Source of the DNA: Octopus sinensis
Taxonomy: Eukaryota
Length of the DNA: 10,966 nucleotides
Direction: 5' to 3'
Assembly: GCF_006345805.1 (NCBI RefSeq)
Contig: NW_021827215.1
Span: forward strand, 1-10,966
How positions within the stretch are numbered: the first letter of the stretch is position 1; every line of letters begins with the position of its first letter. The translations under genes and the position numbers were made by a program. The notes beneath the pieces were generated by a model. That model did not search any database. It was not told the origin of the DNA and saw only the letters and a list, made by a program, of their open reading frames with translations. Positions 1-8,471 of this stretch are shown here, piece by piece.

Positions 1-12
1 ATACACGCATAT

Positions 13-44
<32 letters not shown>

Positions 45-550
45 GTGCAAACAAACATTATACACTTGATAGATGATGAATGTGCGTTCGCGTGTGTGTA
101 TCTCTGTTCCATGGGAGGGTAAGTATTTATTTCGACAATAAAAACACACGCACGTTATATTCCCCTTCTTTTTTTTTATCATTATCAGTCGAACTAATTA
201 GTTAATTGATTGATCATACAGCTGTTTCGCCAGAGTCCTTTCCGTCTCAGCCTGCGACCTTAACGATGACATTCCATCATCTGTTCCGTTTTTTGTCAAA
301 CACTGATTAATCTAATTATTGATTAGTTAATTACTTTGTTATTATTGAGCTAGTTGATTGATATTCATAAAAGATGGAAACCCTATAAAACAAGTGGAGA
401 GGATTATATCGTAGAAAATGCTCCTTACGAGAGACAATAACATGTCATAACATCTGTTGGGACATTCTATTTCGCATTGGGCAATTTCACAAAGCAAATT
501 CAAGATTAACAATCATACACAACAGCACTTATAGCACACACAGACGAGCG

Positions 551-740
551 ATTATATATATATATAATATAGATATATTATATAATATATATATATATAT
601 ATATTATATAATACATACATACATAATACATACATACATACATACAACATATATATACATACATATATCTAACATACATACATACATACATACATACATA
701 CTTATACATACATACATACTACATTATGCATACATACATA

Positions 741-781
<41 letters not shown>

Positions 782-840
782 AATATATTATATATATATC
801 TATATATACTTATATATATATATATATATATATGTATATT
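551..840. repeat. Compound (TA)n/(TACA)n microsatellite
   Basis: Direct reading of the sequence. Confidence 0.95.
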
Positions 841-1050
841 AAGGCGGTGAGCTGGCAGAATCGTTAGCACACCGGGCGAAATGCGTAGCCGTATTTCGTC
901 TGCCGTTACCTTCTGAGTTCGGATTCCGCCGGGTCGACTTTGCTTTTCATCCTTTCGGGGTCAATAAATTAAGTACCAGTTACGCACTGGCGTCGAAGTA
1001 ATCGACTTGATCCCTTTGTCTGTCTTTGCCCATGTGGGCAATAAAGAAAT
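841..1050 (+). mobile_element. tRNA-derived SINE, family 1 (octopus-type), near full length with ~20 bp shorter tail
   Basis: Starts AAGGCGGTGAGCTGGCAGAATCG (A-box-like), has GAGTTCGGATTCC (B-box-like) and ends AATAAAGAAAT. Aligns along its length with 9247-9477 and the reverse complement of 9818-10048. Flanked by TA repeats, so no TSD can be resolved. Confidence 0.9.
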
Positions 1051-1419
1051 ATATATATATACACACACACCAACATGCACACACAAACACACAGGGACAT
1101 ATATAAAGTCGCAGAATCCAGCGATGGCTAAAAAACCGAAACATCAAAGACATTGTCACTCCTCGTTTTGTTAAAATGAATTAAATATTTATGCTACAAA
1201 AAGCATTGAGTAATTCTTCAGTTTATCCTAAATTTGTTTATGTCATAACTAGCCATGTAACCAAACATTAATTTATACGTACTCATATATATGCATATGT
1301 GAGTGTGTGCGTATGTGTATGAGTTTGTGTGTGCATGTGTGTGTATGTGAATATTTTTCGGGTTTGTGATAACACATGTGCTTTTCTCCGGATTATCTAC
1401 TGTCCCCTGAACTTTTCCC

Positions 1420-1452
1420 TCTCTCCGAGGAAGAGCCATGCTTGAAACGTTA
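1420..1452 (+). ncRNA. Decayed hammerhead-ribozyme-like motif (minimal type I, PLE style)
   Basis: CCGAGGA-A (CUGANGA with U4C) at 1425-1432; stem II GAGC-cat-GCTT at 1433-1443; GAAACGTT at 1444-1451 with palindromic AACGTT and a GUU triplet. Stem I is essentially absent. Confidence 0.4.
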
Positions 1453-1577
1453 TATCTACTATCTTGCAAGTAATATACTTACAGTGTAACTGACTCGTTT
1501 TTGTTGTCTTTTTGTTGTTTTATCATTCCTTTGATTTGCCTGTTTGTGTGTATACACACACATTTCTCTCTTCTTTT

Positions 1578-1607
1578 TCTATCTATCTATCTATGTATCT
1601 ATCTATG

Positions 1608-1680
<73 letters not shown>

Positions 1681-1681
1681 G

Positions 1682-1712
<31 letters not shown>
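1578..1712. repeat. (CTAT)n tetranucleotide microsatellite (~25 units) followed by (TA)n
   Basis: Direct reading; source of the YLSI-repeat pseudo-ORFs. Confidence 0.95.
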
Positions 1713-1713
1713 T

Positions 1714-2908
1714 ATATTAAATTAGAGATAAAACCACTATTAGGCAAATCAAACAATGAAAAACATAAGCCAATACATAAAATTAATTTAATTTATATTA
1801 TTTTAAAAATATATCAAAAGTATTAAAAGTTTAATAAAAGTTTACTAAACCTCGATAAGATAAGTATTTATTTATATTTAAGATCTTCAAATTGTAAATT
1901 TTAATATTGTATAAGTCTTTGATGTAATAATATTTTCCTTATGTAAATATCGTTGTTTATGTAATGATCTAATTATCGTAATTTTCTATATTATTAGATA
2001 TTAAACTTAAGTTTATTCGTAAGATACTACTTAGCGATAGATTTGTTGTTTGATAGCAAGTATACGAGGTGTATAAAGTTAGGCTTTTGTATATACATGT
2101 TTTAATAGTATTAATTCTAGTTTTAAATTTCTTGTTTTTTTAAATTGATATCCGCTAGTTATTCCCATTGATAATTATATTTATAGTATTTATTCGATAC
2201 TATATTACTACGAATTGATTATTTCTATAAGTATTTTACATAAGATTTCCGAAAGTTCGTTTAAGTTTGTTTATTTGTATTTTGAAATTAGCTATTTCAT
2301 CTTTAAATATGAAAAATTAATTTATTAGGTTTTTATTATATGTGCATATATATTTATTTATAGAGATTATTTTAGACCTTAATTATAATATTTATATGCA
2401 TTTATATATTTCATTGATAATTTATATTAATAGTCATTTTTAAATATTTATGTAATTAGATATAGATTAATACCGATATTAGATTATTGGTGGGTTTCTA
2501 CCTTATAAATTAAAATTAATATTTAACATTATAGTCGATTTTGATATAATCATAATTGTTAAGTTTTATGTTTCTAGTTTGATAATAGAGTTTATTATAA
2601 GTAAAATTATTATATTATTTATATCTTAAAAATATTGTTTAAATATTTCTGATTATTTTTTCGATATTTCAATTAACCTGAAGATTGACTGTAACCATAA
2701 CTCGAATTATTAATTGAATTTAAATTATTGTTATTCGAATTGTACAGCCGCTATGAAACGATCGTAGTGTTTTACTCTTTATCTTTTATTAAACTTTTAA
2801 TACTTTTGATATATTTAAAAAATAATATAAATTAAATTAATTTTATGTATTGGCTTATGTTTTCATTGTTTGATTTGTCGAATAGTGGTTTTATCTCTAA
2901 TTTAATAT
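1714..2908. mobile_element. 1.2 kb AT-rich element bounded by ~126 bp inverted repeats (MITE/foldback-like, or PLE-derived with an inverted terminal copy)
   Basis: 1714-1840 is the reverse complement of 2783-2908, with 4 substitutions and 1 indel by hand alignment. Both outer ends sit in TA runs. The core has no standard-code ORF. Confidence 0.75.
2675..2771 (+). ncRNA. Hammerhead-ribozyme-like motif with long stem II
   Basis: Perfect CTGAAGA at 2678-2684. TGACTGTA (2686-2693) pairs with TACAGCCG (2743-2750), and inner TCGAAT pairs with ATTCGA. GAAA at 2755-2758, palindromic ACGATCGT at 2758-2765, GUA triplet at 2764-2766. Stem I is weak and there are 4 extra nt before GAAA. Confidence 0.5.
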
Positions 2909-3002
2909 ATATATAAATAATATATTTATACTATAAAATTGGATTTAATCCTAATCTGATTTATCCCTGTAAGTTTGGATTTAATCCCTAATATTTTATT
3001 AT

Positions 3003-3040
<38 letters not shown>

Positions 3041-3050
3041 GTATAGTATA

Positions 3051-3218
3051 GGCGCAGGGATGGCTGTGTGGTAAGAAGCTTGCTTCTCAACCATATGGTC
3101 CCGGGATTAGTCCCACTGTGAGGCACCTTCAGCAAGTGTCTTCCAATATAGCCTCGGGCCGATCAAAACCTTGTCAGTGGATTTGGTAGTTGGAAACTGA
3201 AAAAACCCGTCTATATAC

Positions 3219-3276
<58 letters not shown>

Positions 3277-3526
3277 TATATAATATATTCTATATACATA
3301 CATATATATTTTATATATATGTATGTATATGTATCTTTGTGTGTACTTCTGTGCATTTGTGTTTGTCCCCACAACACCACTTATCAAGCGATATTGATAA
3401 TTTTACGTCCCCTTAACTTGGAGGTTCGACAAAAGTCACCGATAGAATAAGTACCACTACTTAAAAAAAATCTGCTGGGGATGGATTCAAGGCAGTGCTC
3501 CAGCATAGACTCAGTAAGAAAAGAAG
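3051..3526 (+). mobile_element. tRNA-derived SINE, family 2, bipartite with internal (TA)n tract
   Basis: Head GGCGCAGGGATGGCTGTGTGGT (A-box-like); CACCTTCAGCAAGTGTCTT resembles a CORE-like domain; (TA)n tract at ~3221-3330; then a tail GTGTTTGTCCCC...GTGCTCCAGCAT. A homologous copy lies on the - strand at 6786-7295. Confidence 0.85.
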
Positions 3527-3533
3527 GGGTGTA

Positions 3534-4610
3534 CGTCCACGGAGGAAAAAACATACGAGAATTTGTTTTTGAAAATGAACCTCAATTTGAAAATCCTGTA
3601 ATTGTTTTTAAATAAATTGATTTACATTTATACCAAATTAGATTCAACGGTTCTTTGTTTATCAATGGTATAAACATGGAATTAAAAAAAATTTAAATTG
3701 GGAACTAGGAAATATGTTTAAATGATTAAATGTTCACAAAATTCAATAATATCAAAAATGATCGGCGAAGAATGTAAAATTTCAAATAAATTTATTTGAA
3801 TATGGGGTCGGACCGCCTTTGGCAGTAGTTACAGCTTGAATTCTATGAGGTATGGACTCATACAAAGTTTGAATTGTTTCCAAAGGAATTTCTGTACATT
3901 CTTCAGTTAAAACAGTCTCTAGTTCTTGTAGTGATGGTGGTGGAGGATATCGACTCCTTGCTAGTTTTTCTAAAATGCACCATAATATTGGGAACTGGGA
4001 ACTGTGGTGGTCAGATAAGATGTTCAACTTCAATAGAATGTTCCTCGTGCCATTCAGTAACAACTTTAGCTGTGTGGATTATTGCATTATCATCCTGAAA
4101 GATTGTGTTCCCCTCCGGAAACAGTTCCGTAACCGTAGGGTGAATTTGATCAGATAAAATGCTTAAATAATCTTGACTATTAATTCTGCCACGAAATGGA
4201 ACCATTGGGCCGACGGATTTCCAAGATATAGCCCCGCCCCCCCAGATCATCACAAATCTTTCTCCATATTTAACAGTTGGAAGAAAGCAGTCTGGGTCTT
4301 ATACTTCTATTGGCTGTCTCTACACGTATACTCGGTCGGTGGTCGGAAATAAGGTAATGGATGACTCGTCCGAGAAAATAACATTCTTTCACTGCCCTAG
4401 AGATCAATTCTGTAGGTTTTTACTCCACTCTAAACGCTTTGCAACGTTTGTTTTTGAACGTAGTGGTTTTCTGATTGCAGCCCTCCCGTGAAATCCGGCT
4501 TTGTGCAGCTCACGACGAACAGATTATGAGGGAACTGGGTTCTTGAGGTGGTCATTAAGCTCTGCAGTAATTTTGGAAGCTGTACTTTTGTGACCCTTTC
4601 TAACAATTAG
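3534..4610 (-). mobile_element. Tc1-family DNA transposon remnant, 5'-truncated; boundaries approximate
   Basis: Transposase homology spans 3782-4610. An AT-rich ~250 bp 3' region ends at a possible TA-bounded terminus near 3532-3534. No matching second TIR is visible. Confidence 0.75.
3782..4610 (-). pseudogene. Decayed Tc1 (DD34E-type) transposase
   Basis: Hand translation gives ...IVRKGHKSTASKITAELN...VRRELHKAGFHGRAAIRKPL...VIFSDESS...PTVKYG...VMIWG...IFQDDNAIIHTA...IQAVTTAKGGPTPY. Several in-frame stops. A frameshifting deletion in the SPDLNIIE-type motif removes the catalytic Glu. Confidence 0.92.
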
Positions 4611-4750
4611 TCTAACATCCGCGGACAACTTTGTCTAATCATCCTTTTGGGGATCAATAAAATAAGTCCCAGTTGCGTATTCGGGTCGATGTAATCGACA
4701 TCCCCATCTACAAAAAATTGCTGGCCTTGTGCCGAAATGAGAAAAGAATT
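4611..4750 (+). mobile_element. 3' part of a family-1-related SINE with an alternative tail
   Basis: TCATCCTTTTGGGGATCAATAAAATAAGTCCCAGTTG...GGGTCGATGTAATCGAC matches the family 1 central region. The tail (ATCCCCATCTACAAAAAATTGCTGGCCTTGTGCC) differs from the other copies. Left boundary uncertain. Confidence 0.75.
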
Positions 4751-4765
4751 ATTACGTTTTCAGCC

Positions 4766-4813
4766 AAGGCGGCAAGCTTGTACAAATGTTAGCGCGTCGG
4801 ACAAAAGGCTTAG
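4766..4813 (+). mobile_element. 5' head fragment of family 1 SINE
   Basis: AAGGCGGCAAGCTTGTACAAATGTTAGCGCGTCGGACAAAAGGCTTAG aligns with the family 1 head. Confidence 0.7.
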
Positions 4814-4924
4814 AACGTTCGTGATCGAGAAGTGTTTGAAATAACCATTATATTCGAAGATTTCTGGTTCGTGGACGGTCAAGGCTTCGGTTAAAACATG
4901 ACTTCTCCTCCACCCCATCTGTTT

Positions 4925-5320
4925 CTACTCTACCGCTCTCTCACCAACTCTCCTTTCCTTCCTCTATATCTCCCTCTCTCTTTTAACTTTCCCTCTATCG
5001 CTCCTTTCCCCTCTCTGTATTTATATGTACCCCTCTCTCTCTCCCCACTCTGTATTAATCTCTCTCTCGTTATCCCTTTTTTCTATCTCTCCTCCGCTCT
5101 CTCCCTCCGTCTCTACTCCACTCCTCTCTCTCCTTCCATCTCTATTCTACTCCTCTCTCTCTCTCTCTCCCTCTCTCTTCTTCCATCTACATCTCCATCT
5201 CTGTTTCCCTTCTCTCTATATATTCTTCGTTCTCCTTCTTACCCATCTTTTCAATCTCTACATCTCCCTCTCTTCCCCCTCTCTCTATTCTTCTCTCTGA
5301 CCTCCCTGTTCCCTCCTACC
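4925..5320. repeat. ~400 bp polypyrimidine (CT-rich) low-complexity tract
   Basis: Direct reading; source of the L/S/P-rich pseudo-ORFs. Confidence 0.9.
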
Positions 5321-5438
5321 ATTCCTAAAGTGGTTCCCAGGATTCTTTACGAAATGTTCACCCTTCATTTTATTGCATTCGATCGATCCCAATTTCATCA
5401 TGTCCATTTCATCAACCCGCCCACCATCTTCAGACAGC

Positions 5439-5707
5439 AACAGATGGGGTGGAGGAGAAGTCATTTTTAACCGAAGCCTTGACCGTCCACGAACCAGAAA
5501 GGGTCACAAAAGTACAGCTTCCAAAATTACTGCAGAGCTTAATGACCAACTGTTAAATATGGAGAAAGATTTGTGATGATCTGGGGGGCGGGGCTATATC
5601 TTGGAAATCCGTCGGCCCAATGGTTCCATTTCGTGGCAGAATTAATAGTCAAGATTATTTAAGCATTTTATCTGATCAAATTCACCCTACGGTTACGGAA
5701 CTGTTTC
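5439..5707 (+). repeat. Tripartite inverted duplication of upstream sequence, including Tc1 pieces
   Basis: 5439-5500 is the reverse complement of 4861-4923; 5496-5548 of 4549-4601; 5546-5707 of 4118-4280. Only two 1-bp indels were seen. Confidence 0.95.
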
Positions 5708-5717
5708 ATGCTTACGT

Positions 5718-6273
5718 CAGCGCGCGCGTGTGTGTGTGTGTGTATGTGTGTGTGTATGTCTTTGTACATGTGTGTATATGTCTTTGTCCGTATGTGTGTA
5801 TGTATTTTTGTGCGTGTCTGTGTGTGTGTATGTATGTCTCTGTACGTGTGTGCATGTATCTTTGTGCGTGTGTGTATGTGTCTTTGTGTGTATGCATGTA
5901 TTGTTGTGCGTATGTTTCTGTATCTGTATGTATATCTTTGTGTGTGTGTGTGTGCATGTATCTATGTGCGTATGTGTGTGTGTCTTTGTGTGGGGGTATG
6001 TGACTGTGTGTATGTTTATGTCTTCGTGTGTGTGTGTATGTGTCTTTGTGAGTGTGTGTATGTGTCTTTGTGAGTGTGTGTATGTGTCTTTGTGCGTGTG
6101 TGTATATGTTTTTGTGTGTGTATGTTTCTTTGCGTATGTGTCTTTGTGCGTGTGTGTACGCGTCTTTGTGCGTGTGTGAGTATGCATCTTTCTCTGTGTG
6201 TGTGCGTGTGGTATGTCTTTATGCGTGTGTGTGTATGCATGTATATGTGGTAGTGAACCTACGTGTCTGAACG

Positions 6274-6304
<31 letters not shown>

Positions 6305-6305
6305 T
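5718..6305. repeat. Degenerate (GT)n array with a ~22 bp higher-order unit (GTGTGTGTATGTGTCTTTGTGN)
   Basis: Consecutive near-exact 22-mers around 6030-6100, with degenerate copies on either side. Confidence 0.85.
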
Positions 6306-6429
6306 GACTACCTGTTATTTATTGCTATTGCTGTCTATTCACCCAAAATACCCTGACCCCGCCCTGCACCCCCCCAAACCTATCAGTAAAAATGAAGTTC
6401 AAACTAAGGGTGATTGATTATAGTGGTGG

Positions 6430-6644
6430 AGAGAAGGGAGAGAAACAGTGAGAGACAGAAAAGAGCAAAGAGGGAGAACGAGAGAGAGAGAGGAGAGCGA
6501 GCGAGAGAGCGAGAAAGAGAGAGAGAGAGAGAGAAAGGGAGAGAAATTAGTGAAGATGAAGATAAATGAGACCTGTATGTGTTTTTTATGTTTTGTAAAA
6601 CTTCGTTGCATGATCATATATATGTATGTCTATATATGTATTTG

Positions 6645-6708
<64 letters not shown>

Positions 6709-6710
6709 GT
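6430..6710. repeat. GA-rich tract (6430-6545) and (TG)n microsatellite (~6647-6706)
   Basis: Direct reading. Confidence 0.9.
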
Positions 6711-6785
6711 AAGTGTGCGTATGTACATGTATGTGTTTTGGGGTAATGATATTTCAGAAAGACAACGAGTATATGTCTACGTGCG

Positions 6786-7096
6786 TTTTTTTATTCTGTC
6801 ACCGGTCTTAGTCATTTGACTGCGGCCATGCTGGAGCACAACCTTCAAGGGATTCTGTTCGAACGAATCGAGCCCAGGAGTTATTTTCTAAGCTTAGTGC
6901 TCATTCGATCAGTCAGTTTTGCTGAATCGCCAAGTTGCGGGAACATAAACACATCAACACCGGTTGTCAAGTGGTAATGGGGAACAGACATTGACACAAA
7001 GTCACACACATATATATATATATATACACCCACCCACACCACACACACATATATATATACATACACACACACAGACACAGACACACACACACACAC

Positions 7097-7146
<50 letters not shown>

Positions 7147-7295
7147 GAAGGGCTTCTTTCAGTTTCTCTCAACCACGAGGCTTTAGTCGGCCCGAGGTTG
7201 TAGTAGAAAATAGTTACCCAAGGTGCCACGCAGTAGAACTGAACCCGGAACGACGTGATTGGGAAGCAAACTTACAACCACACAGCCACGCCGCC
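6786..7295 (-). mobile_element. tRNA-derived SINE, family 2, with internal (CA)n/(TA)n tract
   Basis: The reverse complement starts GGCGGCGTGGCTGTGTGGT, has a B-box-like GGGTTCAGTTC and GCACCTTGGGTAA, then a microsatellite at ~7003-7143 and a tail ending GTGCTCCAGCATGGCCGCAGTCAAATGAC. Homologous to 3051-3526. Confidence 0.85.
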
Positions 7296-7335
7296 GCTTC
7301 TTTATGTATATATATAGTAACAAAAAGGGAGGAAT

Positions 7336-8166
7336 TTCGATTATCCCCACGTTGTGAGTTGTAACACATCAAAAGAAATATCCCCTTTGATTTAGCAAAA
7401 AGTAATTGCAGAATGGTGTCTAATAGAAATACTCGGAGCTTCGTCTTCAAGACCTCAGAACAATACTAACTGAAAGACAATATCCACCCTCACTTATAGA
7501 CGATGGAATTAAGCATGCTGAGAAATTAGACATTAAACACTAAGGGCATTAAAAAGTAAGACCACACCTCATCTCAAAACACTACCGTATATATCAACTG
7601 ACAACCCTAGAAACAATGAGGCATACAACACTATTGTACAAAATCTACCCATACTCACTAGGGATCCAAAAATGAACAATGTTCTGAAAACATAAATTCA
7701 ACAAATGCAAAAAGCAACACAAATCGCTGGAAAAACTTCTAACAAATGCAAAGCTTTACACAACAACCACGAAACCAAAAGTTAAAAGACGTGGACGCCC
7801 AAACTTTAGAACATGCCTCAACCTACTGGAAGGCTCAGAATTCCTATTCAAACAAGTACAGATGTTCACAATTAAAATCGAATTCACTTGTGTTTACGAG
7901 AATCTAATTTATGTTATAACGTTCACAGGTTGTGGACAAGTATGTCCCTGAGACGGAGAACCACACTACATAAAGAACAGATCCGGTTCCCGCAATACAG
8001 ACATATTTCTTTGAGTGAACACATAGACAGATGTGCAGGTAATATCCAACCAAACTTCGCAGTTTTCTCCATCTACCAGTGCAAAGAAACAATCCCTATA
8101 CAAGAACGTTTAAATAAAAAAAATGTTCATCGAAAATACAGAACACTTCTAAATATGAACGCATAA
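7336..8166 (+). pseudogene. Penelope-like retroelement ORF remnant (RT thumb, linker, GIY-YIG endonuclease), possibly Neptune-like
   Basis: Frameshifted hand translation: KRNIPFDLAK..CRMVS / ELRLQDLRTILTERQYPPSLIDDGIKHA / LPYISTDNP..QNLPIL / SLEKLLTNAK..VKRRGRPNFRTCLNLLEG..FTCVYENLIYVITFTGCGQ / SLRRRTTLHKEQIR..SEHIDRCA..KYRTLLN. The YIG half of the motif is deleted and the linker Cys motif is partly decayed. Confidence 0.88.
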
Positions 8167-8438
8167 CCAAATTGATCTCAGTATATACTTTAATTCTTGA
8201 TCACATACGCATTGCTGTCCATATTTCATCTCACTGCTTTAGCTTTTGAGCTTTTCTGTATATTTATTTATTTATACCTTCTCTGAAAGATGAGCAATTT
8301 CCTCCCCTGTCCCCAATAATAACGTTCACCAATTACTTCCCCTTAGATTTTTCTACTTGTTGAATCATTCATTCACAAACTTCTCCACACAGAACATGGG
8401 CTAAATCTAAAGAAATTACAAAAGTCAAATAATTTCAA

Positions 8439-8471
8439 TGTCATGATTAGCGAAAGCGAAACCGGTCGACA
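8439..8471 (+). ncRNA. Minimal type I hammerhead ribozyme of the PLE, A3-U8 core variant
   Basis: TGTC-ATGATTA-GC GAAA GC-GAAA-C CG G-TC-GACA. Stem I is TGTC/GACA (4 bp), stem II is 2 bp with a GAAA tetraloop, stem III is the palindrome ACCGGT, and the GUC triplet predicts cleavage after 8467. It lies ~270 bp 3' of the PLE ORF in sense orientation. Confidence 0.85.

Noticed and set aside
217-283. Minus-strand GCGAAACAGCTGTA (palindromic stem III plus GUA) with an upstream CAGATGA
   Set aside because: Only the 3' half of a hammerhead is convincing; stems I and II do not pair and the first box is imperfect.
196-310. Possible minus-strand exon (..GTDDGMSSLRSQAETERTLAKQLYDQSIN*)
   Set aside because: Short, poor acceptor site and no recognisable homology.
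841-920. tRNA gene at the SINE heads
   Set aside because: A/B-box-like motifs are present but there is no complete cloverleaf, and the sequence continues into the SINE body; scored as SINE.
1841-2782. Long minus-strand frame if TAA/TAG are read as Gln (ciliate-type code), or a mitochondrial/NUMT origin
   Set aside because: TGA is rare in all frames at this base composition, so a long frame is expected by chance. No recognisable rRNA, tRNA or respiratory-gene motif was found.
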